Below are positions 16,724 to 24,327 of a DNA stretch of 64,000 nt, piece by piece (position 1 is the first letter of the stretch; every line of letters starts with the position of its first letter). The stretch comes from Candidatus Micrarchaeota archaeon (GTDB taxonomy: Archaea; Micrarchaeota; Micrarchaeia; Anstonellales; Anstonellaceae), in assembly GCA_026414185.1 (NCBI GenBank), contig JAOAJL010000001.1, forward strand, positions 545 to 64,544, read 5' to 3'. Made by a program: the position numbers and the translations under genes. The notes under the pieces were generated by a model. That model was not told where the DNA came from. It worked only from the letters and a program-made list of their open reading frames with translations, and did not search any database.

Positions 16724-17169
16724 ACCTCAACCAAAACTGGCTTTTGAAAGGCAATCCCAATCCTGCTTGCACAGAAGACCTGCGCGCCCTTCTGGCCGCT
16801 TTCGGCGGAGAAAATCTCGCCTTGGGCGCCGGTTATCCTTGCGCTTGCGAACTTCAGCCCGAGGCGGGTGCGCAGGCTTTCCAGGTCCTGGCTGGAAATG
16901 CGGTTCAAGTCAAGCTCCCCGCGGCTTACAAAAGAGCCGCCCCACTGCCCGCCAAGAACCGCCCATCTTTCCTCAAGAAGATGCGAAGACAGCCTGATGG
17001 CAAGGGAGCTTTTTGAGCAGTCCTGCGCCGCACGGGAGGCGGAATCGGCGGACGCTGAGAGAAGAAGCGCAAAAAGGGAGTAGGCAATGACTGCGCAAAG
17101 TAGGGCAAATGCCGCATCGGCAGAGAAAAATGCGCGCTTAGATTGGCTCGTATGCCTTTGCCTGCACAT
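16711..17169 (-). CDS. Pilin-like protein B (class III signal peptide-like N-terminus)
   Basis: MCRQRHTSQSKRA/FFSADAAFALLCAVIAYSLFALLL. Overlaps the upstream gene by 32 nt if Met 17169 is the start. Confidence 0.45.
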   Translation of the reverse strand: MCRQRHTSQSKRAFFSADAAFALLCAVIAYSLFALLLSASADSASRAAQDCSKSSLAIRLSSHLLEERWAVLGGQWGGSFVSRGELDLNRISSQDLESLRTRLGLKFASARITGAQGEIFSAESGQKGAQVFCASRIGIAFQKPVLVEVCVS

Positions 17170-17509
17170 ATATTTTCCCCTCGTGGGCAGAGGAAACGTT
17201 GTGGAAAACCGGTTCGCACAAGGAGGGCTGGAGTGGGGGATGGATGCACGAGCCGTCCGGTGAGGCAGCCGCCTTCCAATCCCAACTCATCGGCACCGCA
17301 GAAGCGCACCACCCTTGCTCATCAATGGCGGATGCCGCGCTTGCCAGAAGCATGCGAGAAGATGAGGAGCGCGCCTGGAGAAGAAACTCGGAGGAGAGGC
17401 GCTGGGCGGAAAACACCAATATGGCGAGGGCGGACAGGAGAAACCCTGCGGCAAGCAGAGCCTCAAAGGAAGACTGCCCCCTGCTTGAGCCTGCCTTGTT
17501 TCCCTGCAT
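17138..17509 (-). CDS. Pilin-like protein C (class III signal peptide, Gln+1/Glu+5)
   Basis: MQGNKAGSSRG/QSSFEALLAAGFLLSALAILVF. The start ATG shares nt 17509 with the upstream stop (TGATG). The longer track ORF (to 17749) would overlap the upstream gene in another frame. Confidence 0.55.
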   Translation of the reverse strand: MQGNKAGSSRGQSSFEALLAAGFLLSALAILVFSAQRLSSEFLLQARSSSSRMLLASAASAIDEQGWCASAVPMSWDWKAAASPDGSCIHPPLQPSLCEPVFHNVSSAHEGKIYVQAKAYEPI

Positions 17510-18045
17510 CAGAAATCCACCTCGTAGGAGGAAGGGATGATGGCTGCCCTTCCGATTCCAAGCTGGGCGGAGTAGAATGAAAAGCCGAGATTGGAAAAAT
17601 GGAGCTTTCTTGACTGCAAATCTGCCAGGAAAGACTGCTGGCAGGAAAGAAGCGAGAGGGCTTCGGCTCCGCTTGGTGGGCTCGCCCTGCGCTCTTTCAT
17701 CATCCGCTCCGCCGAAGCAGACCGCTCCTCCTCGCTTGGGGAGCCGCACCAGAAAATAACATCAAAACCCTCCTTGCGCATCTGCTCCTGCAGAGCATTT
17801 GCCTGCATATGCAAGGCGAGCTGGACTTCAACTGCCCCTTCCGGCTTGCGGGTTGCAGCTGCGGCGGCTGATGCGGCGTTTGCGCAGGCGGCATAAAAAG
17901 ACTGCTTTATCCCAGTTTCTTGCACGCCAAAAGCCCTGATGAGCCTGTGCTCTCCGCTGTGCGAAACGCTTGACATGACCGATGCTGCCGCCACAAAGGC
18001 AAGAAGGAAGACTGCCCCCAGCACGAATGCCATGAACCCCTTCAT
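17509..18045 (-). CDS. Pilin-like protein D (class III signal peptide-like N-terminus)
   Basis: MKG/FMAFVLGAVFLLAFVAAASV. ATG 18045 lies 7 nt after the M42 peptidase stop. Confidence 0.5.
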   Translation of the reverse strand: MKGFMAFVLGAVFLLAFVAAASVMSSVSHSGEHRLIRAFGVQETGIKQSFYAACANAASAAAAATRKPEGAVEVQLALHMQANALQEQMRKEGFDVIFWCGSPSEEERSASAERMMKERRASPPSGAEALSLLSCQQSFLADLQSRKLHFSNLGFSFYSAQLGIGRAAIIPSSYEVDF

Positions 18046-18052
18046 CGCAAAC

Positions 18053-19102
18053 TCAGGCAAGCTCTGCGACAAGCTTCTCAAGGTAATCTATCGTTTTTTC
18101 TATGTCTGATATGGCGCACACCGCGACGTTTGAGTGGACATAGCGGGTCGGCACGCAGATTGCAATTGAGGGTATCCCGCCCCGCTCTCCGTAGACGGAG
18201 GCGGCGTCGGTGGCTCCGCCTTCAATCACCTCAAGCTGAGTCGGAATCTTCGCCTTTTTTGAGACCGCCATGCAGGTCTTCGTGAGCTTTGAGTCTGCGA
18301 AATTGCCCCTTCCGCCAGCCTCAACCATGCATATGGCAGGACCCTTGCCGAGGCGCACGACGCCCTCGTCTTCCGCCATCTCAGGGTGGTCGCCTGCTAT
18401 TGAGGTGTCTATCGCTATGAATGTTGAGGGCTCAAGGTTGTAGGCTGCTATCATAGCTCCCTTTCCGAACGTTGAAACCTCCTCCTGCGCAGTCCCGACA
18501 AGCACCACGTTGCGGTTTTTCACCCTCTTGGCAAGCTCAAGAAGGACATAGCAGCCCACCCTGTCGTCAAGCGCCTTGCCGGTGACAAGCTTTCCGTTGA
18601 GCACCTTCGTGGAAACGTCAAAGGATATCGGGTCGCCTATCTTCACGCCCATCCTCTCCGCTTCCTTGCGGTCTTTTGCCCCTATGTCTATGAAAAGCGA
18701 CTTGTTGTCAATCGCAACCTTCATGTCCTCGGGCTTCTGCATGTGGGGCGGCTTGTTCCCAATTACCCCGTAAATCTTGCCTTTATCAGTCTGGATGACG
18801 ACCCGCTGGTTCACAAGGACGCGGTTGTCTATCCCGCCTATCTTCACAAAACGCAAAAAGCCCTTCTCATTTATGAATTTCACAAGCATCCCTATCTCGT
18901 CCATGTGCGCCCCGAGCATGAGGGGCTTTGGGCGGCAATGCGGGGCGCGGGCTATGACGTTGCCGAAGCGGTCTATCTCTGTCTTGTAGCCAAGCCTCTT
19001 GAAGCGCTCTGCCATAAGCGAGGCGATTTCTTTCTCATGACCCGGAACGCCGAATGACTCGGTAAGCCTGCAAAGAAGCTCCATATCAACCATCACAACC
19101 AC
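18053..19102 (-). CDS. M42 family metallo-aminopeptidase (TET/FrvX-like)
   Basis: GVPGHE..I, D..GN.IA, L..AHMDEIG, KALDDRVG, AQEEV and a C-terminal HS.VE-like region. Length of 349 aa is typical. Confidence 0.85.
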   Translation of the reverse strand: MVVMVDMELLCRLTESFGVPGHEKEIASLMAERFKRLGYKTEIDRFGNVIARAPHCRPKPLMLGAHMDEIGMLVKFINEKGFLRFVKIGGIDNRVLVNQRVVIQTDKGKIYGVIGNKPPHMQKPEDMKVAIDNKSLFIDIGAKDRKEAERMGVKIGDPISFDVSTKVLNGKLVTGKALDDRVGCYVLLELAKRVKNRNVVLVGTAQEEVSTFGKGAMIAAYNLEPSTFIAIDTSIAGDHPEMAEDEGVVRLGKGPAICMVEAGGRGNFADSKLTKTCMAVSKKAKIPTQLEVIEGGATDAASVYGERGGIPSIAICVPTRYVHSNVAVCAISDIEKTIDYLEKLVAELA

Positions 19103-19156
19103 CCCGAAGCGATGGAAAAACTCGGTTAAGGGTTAAAAAACAAAAGGACATGCAGG

Positions 19157-20023
19157 CTAAATGGAAAGCCTCAGCCCGTCTTCTGCGATGAGAGTGTCCT
19201 TGAACACCTCTTTTGCCTGCGCAAGAAGCTCCGATGCGTCGGCGTATCTTCCCGAGATGTGGGTGAGGAGAAGCTTTTTGCACCCTGCTTTTTTGGCAAT
19301 TTCCGCAGCCTGCCTTGCGGTGGAGTGCGCCGCCTCCGCCGCTTCCTGCGAATGCTGATGGGAGAATGTCGCCTCGTGGATGAGAAGGTCTGCGCCTTCT
19401 GCTGCCTTGATTGTCTCGGCGCATGGCGCGGCATCGCCCGAATAGACAATCTTCCTGCCGGGCTGGACGTAGGTTATGTCCTCAAGCCGCACTACCTTTC
19501 TTCCTACTCGGAGGCTGCCTTCGCGCATAATCTGCGAAAACATCTCGCCTCTCAGCCCCGCCCTTTTTGCCTTCTCCTCGTAAAAGCGGCGCTTCTCCTT
19601 TTCCTCAATTAAAAACCCGAAGCTCTCTTTGGAATGCTGCACCTTGAAGGAGCTCACCTGGAACTTGCCGAAATCCGCAAGAACCCCGTTTCCTGAAAAC
19701 TCAACTGGCTTTGCGAGCGTGCCCCTTCCAATCCTTGCGGCTATGCCGGGCGGACCGTAAACTGCAAGGGGCTCTGTGCGCTTGTTGAGGCGCATCGTCT
19801 CTGCGATGCCGAAAACGCCCAGATAGTGGTCAAGGTGTAGATGCGAGATGAAGATCGCCTTCAGCTTCATAAAGGAGATGCCAAAGCGCATCATCTGCCG
19901 CTGCGTCCCCTCGCCGCAGTCCAAAAGCAGAAGCTCGCCCTCATAGCGGACTGCGACGGATGGCAGGTTGCGATGCAAGGAAGGCGCGCCGGAGGATGAG
20001 CCAAGCACGGTTATTTCGAACAT
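19157..20023 (-). CDS. rnz: Ribonuclease Z (tRNA 3' endonuclease)
   Basis: MFEITVLGSSSGAPS..RN..S, LLLDCGEGTQRQM, ISHLHLDH (HxHxDH), and C-terminal HST..QAA.IA..A....LLLTHIS.RY. Confidence 0.85.
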   Translation of the reverse strand: MFEITVLGSSSGAPSLHRNLPSVAVRYEGELLLLDCGEGTQRQMMRFGISFMKLKAIFISHLHLDHYLGVFGIAETMRLNKRTEPLAVYGPPGIAARIGRGTLAKPVEFSGNGVLADFGKFQVSSFKVQHSKESFGFLIEEKEKRRFYEEKAKRAGLRGEMFSQIMREGSLRVGRKVVRLEDITYVQPGRKIVYSGDAAPCAETIKAAEGADLLIHEATFSHQHSQEAAEAAHSTARQAAEIAKKAGCKKLLLTHISGRYADASELLAQAKEVFKDTLIAEDGLRLSI

Positions 20024-20089
20024 GGGCAGATAAGGGAAAACGCCTGATTAAAATATTAGCGGTGCGGAAAAGGCGGGGCGGCAGGCTGC

Positions 20090-20818
20090 TTAGTCTCTGT
20101 TTTTGAGAAGGTAGGCGCCGGTTATCGCTATCACGATGACCAGCCCGAAGATGGAGATGAGGGGGTTTTGGCTGATGAACGAAAGCGCGTCCTTCGGATC
20201 GCCTTCCGGCTTGAGCGTGTCAAGAAAGTTCTCAGTGCCGCTGCCGTTTTCGGATGCGTTGAAAAAGACGGGTGGGGAAAATTGCACTGAGAGGTTGCCC
20301 TGCTGGCTTGTGGAATTTACGGCAAAGAGGGATTCTATTGACTTGGCTATGCTTTCCGCTTCTGTTGGCGGAGCCTCCTCAACCACTTCCGAAACCATCG
20401 TGATGGTGGCTTTTTGGGGATTCTCGGGAAGGGCGGAGGCAAGCACAGGGATGGTTGCCGAGAGGTTTGAGCTGTTTGCGCAGCCTGAGTTTTCAACGCG
20501 GCAGGCAAGAAAAACGGCGGCCTGCTTTGCCCTTGTTCCGTCCGGAAGCAGGAAAAACACCGTTGTGTTGTCTTGGGCTATCGCGCTGATTTTCACCCGC
20601 ACTGTTTTACCCTCAAGTCCGGAAAGGGCGGATGGCGGCACTGCCCAGCTTGCCTTTATGCTCCCCTGATACATCGTGCCGGGGATGAGCTCTGAAAAGC
20701 TTAGGTTGTATTCGTATTCCACAAGCTTCTGGAGAGGGGCGAGGGAAAGCTCCACGCTCTGGGTGAAGGAGATTGAAAGCAAGTATGCTAAAAGCGCACC
20801 CTGTGCGAAACTGGTCAT
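20090..20818 (-). CDS. Secreted, C-terminally anchored hypothetical glycoprotein-like protein
   Basis: N-terminal hydrophobic signal. At least eight N-x-S/T sequons (NLS, NTT, NSS, NLS, NST, NLS, NAS, NGS). C-terminal TM LISIFGLVIVIAITGAYLL + KNRD. Confidence 0.55.
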   Translation of the reverse strand: MTSFAQGALLAYLLSISFTQSVELSLAPLQKLVEYEYNLSFSELIPGTMYQGSIKASWAVPPSALSGLEGKTVRVKISAIAQDNTTVFFLLPDGTRAKQAAVFLACRVENSGCANSSNLSATIPVLASALPENPQKATITMVSEVVEEAPPTEAESIAKSIESLFAVNSTSQQGNLSVQFSPPVFFNASENGSGTENFLDTLKPEGDPKDALSFISQNPLISIFGLVIVIAITGAYLLKNRD

Positions 20819-20871
20819 GCAGGAAGAATCAGAGGGGAACTATTTAATTGTTGGTCATTTTGGGCAGGCGC

Positions 20872-22278
20872 CTAGCCAATGCGGCTGCTTTTGAGCCAGC
20901 CCACGCTGCTTTTGTAGAAGCTGCGTATGTCTTCCGTTTCGGTCATGAGCATAAGCGGCCTTTCAAGCGAAAGCCCCCACGCAAGAACTGGGTAGCGGTC
21001 GCATAGAGGGATGGACACCTCGGGGCGGAATATCCCTGCTCCCCCAAGCTCAATCCACTGCTGCTTTTTCTCAAAATAAGCCGCTATCTCAAGCGACGGC
21101 TCTGTATAGGGAAAGTATGATGGCTGGAAGCGGATTTTCTCAAAGCCAAGCCTTGAGTAAAAAGCCTTCAGGCATCCAAGCAAATCCCTAAATGTTGCCT
21201 TTTCCCAAACCACTATGCCTTCCACTTGGAAAAACTCCGCCAGGTGCTTGTAGTCCGTCGCTTCGTTGCGGAACACCTTGCCTATGCAGAAGTATTTTTT
21301 GGGGGTTTTGTTGCGGCAGTGGTTGTATAGGTAGGATGCCGAAACCGCTGTTGTGTGGGTGCGCAGGACTTTTTTCGCCGCCATCTGCTCGTCCCAATTT
21401 CCGCCCCAGCAGCTCTCGTGCACTTTTCTTACCCTCTCAACAAGCGCAGAATCGGCAGGCAGGCTGGAGGGGGACTTGAGGTAGAAGGTGTCTGCGAGGT
21501 CTCTGGCTGGGTGGTCCTGAGGCTGGAAAAGCGCGTCAAAATTCCAAAACGAGCTTTGTATCTCGGAGCCTTGCATCTCTTCAAACCCCATCTGCGCAAA
21601 AATCAGGCTTATCTTCCTTTTGAGCAGGGCGATCGGATGCCTTTTTGCCGGCGTTGGCACTTCCACGGGCGCCTGGATGTCGTAGGGGCGGAAGCTTGCC
21701 TGCCTCCATGAACCGGAAAGAAGCATTTCGCGGCTAAGCGCATTCACCCAATCCGCTTTGTCGTGCTCTGGCTGGACCGGGGTTGGCTCAATGTAGATTT
21801 CCTTGGAGGACAGGATGCGTATGAGCTTTCTTTTTGAAAGCACAGAAAGCGCGCTTTGGTCTGCGCTTTCTCCTCTCAGGATTGAAAGAAGGGCGGACTG
21901 CAGAGGGTATTCGCCTTCCGGCTCGCTTAGCACCGCAAGCTTGCCTGCCTCAATCTTCACCCATCCGTTTTTGGTTGCCCAGGCAATCCCAACCGCCCTC
22001 TCCTGCTCTGGGAGGAGGGAAAGCCCGCTTTTTTCCTTTGCGGCTTTGAGCACTTTCTGCTCCGGCAAGCCCTCCTCTGCGGCGCGCCTGCCCTCTGCGG
22101 TAAGCTCAGCCTTCTTGGTTTCTGAAAACACGACTGAGACATATCCTTTTTCCCTGAGGGACTGGACAAATGAAAGGACGGTGCTTTCAGGCAATCCTGC
22201 CTTGCTTGCAACCTCCTGCGCGCTCATCCTGCCTGAGAGGACAGAGAGAATTTTTGCCTCCGCCTGATGCAAAGCCAT
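20872..22278 (-). CDS. pheS: Phenylalanine--tRNA ligase alpha subunit
   Basis: N-terminal winged-helix repeats. Class II core motifs HPARD...TFY, RTHTT, FR.E..D..H..EF.Q.EG and GAGIFRPEV. Confidence 0.9.
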   Translation of the reverse strand: MALHQAEAKILSVLSGRMSAQEVASKAGLPESTVLSFVQSLREKGYVSVVFSETKKAELTAEGRRAAEEGLPEQKVLKAAKEKSGLSLLPEQERAVGIAWATKNGWVKIEAGKLAVLSEPEGEYPLQSALLSILRGESADQSALSVLSKRKLIRILSSKEIYIEPTPVQPEHDKADWVNALSREMLLSGSWRQASFRPYDIQAPVEVPTPAKRHPIALLKRKISLIFAQMGFEEMQGSEIQSSFWNFDALFQPQDHPARDLADTFYLKSPSSLPADSALVERVRKVHESCWGGNWDEQMAAKKVLRTHTTAVSASYLYNHCRNKTPKKYFCIGKVFRNEATDYKHLAEFFQVEGIVVWEKATFRDLLGCLKAFYSRLGFEKIRFQPSYFPYTEPSLEIAAYFEKKQQWIELGGAGIFRPEVSIPLCDRYPVLAWGLSLERPLMLMTETEDIRSFYKSSVGWLKSSRIG

Positions 22279-22291
22279 CCGAACCGCCCGC

Positions 22292-23146
22292 TTACTTGCC
22301 TATTTTGTGCAGATAGTAAAGTGAAATTGCGGCCGCCGCCACTATGAAGGCGGCGGCTGGTCCCTCAGGTCCTGCGAAAAGCTGCACCATCCTTGCCTGC
22401 ATTTCGCGGAAGAAGTCAAGGACTTCCGATTCAAGCGGCGCTTCAATCTCGTAGGTGAACTCAAATTTCGGCAGCGTGTCGCCCTGCCATGTGAAAATGC
22501 GCTTGCTGCCGACGTAGAAGCGGAGGTTCGTATCCTGGTCGTAGCGGAAGGAGGACTCCGGCTCGTCAAGCAGGTTTGTCGGCAGGGTGGAGAAATATAT
22601 CTTCTCAGCCGCCTGCGGTATGGCTATGGATATGTTGGTTCCCTTCGGAAGCACCAGGTCCCCGCTTTTGGTCTGCTCAAATGATAGGGCGTTTTGGTTT
22701 ATTGAGTACCTTGCCGTGCGAGGCTTGTAGCGCTCCACCCTGACAAGCCCTGAGCCGTTCTGCGAGGCGGGCACGGAATAGTCAATGACCACCGTTGCAA
22801 AGCAGGTCCCCATGAACGAGTTGCACCGCTCTATCGCCTGAGGCAGTATGCGCAGCGAAACAATGTCCGCAGTTGCGCGGGAAACGTGATGGCGCATCTC
22901 CGAAAGGCCCGTCCTCTCCTTCCAGGTGGCAAGGTCTGAATAGGCAGAGCGCGTTGCCTCGTAAAGCGAGCGGCTGGAAGTGCCGTTTATGAGCATCACA
23001 AGCCTCTCCTCAGCGTTCACGCCGCCGTCGCGGTTGATGTTTATGAATACTGAAAGCGAGCGCATGGAAAATTCCGCCTGGGAAAGATTGCAAAGCAAAA
23101 TGGCGGCAAGAAAGAAAGCGGCGGCGCTCTTCGACGGCAAACTCAT
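22292..23146 (-). CDS. Secreted, C-terminally anchored hypothetical protein
   Basis: Start taken at MSLPSKSAAAFFLAAILLCNLSQAE (signal peptide). C-terminal PAAAFIVAAAAISLYYL + HKIGK. No family recognised. Confidence 0.5.
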   Translation of the reverse strand: MSLPSKSAAAFFLAAILLCNLSQAEFSMRSLSVFININRDGGVNAEERLVMLINGTSSRSLYEATRSAYSDLATWKERTGLSEMRHHVSRATADIVSLRILPQAIERCNSFMGTCFATVVIDYSVPASQNGSGLVRVERYKPRTARYSINQNALSFEQTKSGDLVLPKGTNISIAIPQAAEKIYFSTLPTNLLDEPESSFRYDQDTNLRFYVGSKRIFTWQGDTLPKFEFTYEIEAPLESEVLDFFREMQARMVQLFAGPEGPAAAFIVAAAAISLYYLHKIGK

Positions 23147-23198
23147 GGTTGGATTATGAGTAATATCTATATAAATGTGCGGAAATAAAGACGGGAAT

Positions 23199-23870
23199 AT
23201 GCGCTCCATTGTCTATCTTGGGCACAACTGCTTTCTTGTAAGGCTTGGGCAGATAGTCCTGCTCTTCAACCCAGTCGTGTCGGACTTCATAGGCGGCAAC
23301 AGGAGGCTTGAGAAGTCCGCCCTGCAGGTCCACAGCATAAGGGAGTGCGACCTAATCTTTGTTTCAAACGAGGAAGAGGACAACTGCGAGCCGCAGACCA
23401 TAAAGGAGATTTCTGAGCGGTGCTACTCTTATGTGATTGCGCCCAGACCGGCCCTTTCCAAGCTGGACATATCAGACCGCTTCAAGGTTGATGTAAAGGT
23501 GGGCGACAAGTTCAGCCTCAAGGGGATAGACATTGAGGTAGTAAAGGCGGTGCATCCGCAGTCGCAGTATTCTGTCGGCTTCATGGTGAGAGGAGAGGGC
23601 ATAGGCATTTACTACGCCGGCGACACCTACTCGTTCACCGATATGGGAAGGCTGCGCTGCGATGTGGCGATAGTGCCGATTGGAGGGGGCGCCACGATGG
23701 ATCCCTTTGCAGCAAACAGCATCATCAAGGAGATAAGGCCGAAAGTGGCTATTCCCATGCGCTACAACACCTATGAGAAGATAAAGCAGGATGTTTTGGA
23801 ATTTACTTCTGATTTGGGCGGGCTGACAAAGGGCGTCGCCCTGCGCATAGGGCAGGAGCTCAGGCTATAG
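23199..23870 (+). CDS. Metallo-beta-lactamase-fold protein lacking the HxHxDH motif (degenerate paralog of 51498..52160)
   Basis: Aligns with the UPF0173-like MBL protein at 51498..52160 (LGHNCFLV/LGHASVLL; YYAGDT/YVAGDT; CDVAIVPIGG/CDIAVVPIGG; KVAIPMRYN/KVAIPYHFN). It has DLIFVSNEEEDNC where the paralog has DLILYTHGHFDHC. TATA at 23165-23174 fits ATG 23199. Confidence 0.6.
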   Translation: MRSIVYLGHNCFLVRLGQIVLLFNPVVSDFIGGNRRLEKSALQVHSIRECDLIFVSNEEEDNCEPQTIKEISERCYSYVIAPRPALSKLDISDRFKVDVKVGDKFSLKGIDIEVVKAVHPQSQYSVGFMVRGEGIGIYYAGDTYSFTDMGRLRCDVAIVPIGGGATMDPFAANSIIKEIRPKVAIPMRYNTYEKIKQDVLEFTSDLGGLTKGVALRIGQELRL

Positions 23871-23883
23871 GAGGGTTGATAGG

Positions 23884-24315
23884 ATGATAACCGGCATAAA
23901 GATACAGAGCGCTGAGGCGAAGCACGAAAAGGACGAGGAGGTTTCCGGCTTGAACATCAACATAAGCATAGAAAGCGTCTCATCCAAAGGGGGGGAAACC
24001 ACGATTGCATTCAAGTATGTGGCAAGCTACCTTGAAGGTGTGGGGGAGCTGAAAATGGGCGGCTTGATAACGGCGAAGGAGGATGCCAAGCTGACCAGGG
24101 AGATTGTGGAGCGGTGGGAGAAGGAAAAGCGCCTTCCGGATGATTTTGCCGAGATTGTCCTTAATGCCATAAACTACGCCTGCGGAACAAACGGCGTGCT
24201 TGTGGCAAGGGCAGTCAATCTTTCCCCGCCGATTGTTCCGCCCAGAATCGAGCTTAGCCCGTCTGCCACAGGGCAGGCAGGGGGCGGCAAGGGCAAACAC
24301 CCGGACCTGCTTTAG
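23884..24315 (+). CDS. Hypothetical protein (possible SecB-like fold; weak)
   Basis: 143 aa. An alternating beta pattern, then a helix and a C-terminal ...NGVLVARAVNLSPPIVPPRIEL segment reminiscent of the SecB C-terminal region. Not verifiable here. Confidence 0.45.
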   Translation: MITGIKIQSAEAKHEKDEEVSGLNINISIESVSSKGGETTIAFKYVASYLEGVGELKMGGLITAKEDAKLTREIVERWEKEKRLPDDFAEIVLNAINYACGTNGVLVARAVNLSPPIVPPRIELSPSATGQAGGGKGKHPDLL

Positions 24316-24327
24316 CTGCTTTTTTGC

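Noticed and set aside
17510-17749. 80-codon N-terminal extension of pilin-like protein C (203-aa track ORF)
   Set aside because: It would overlap the upstream gene in another frame. The internal ATG at 17509 gives a textbook class III signal peptide and a TGATG coupling junction.
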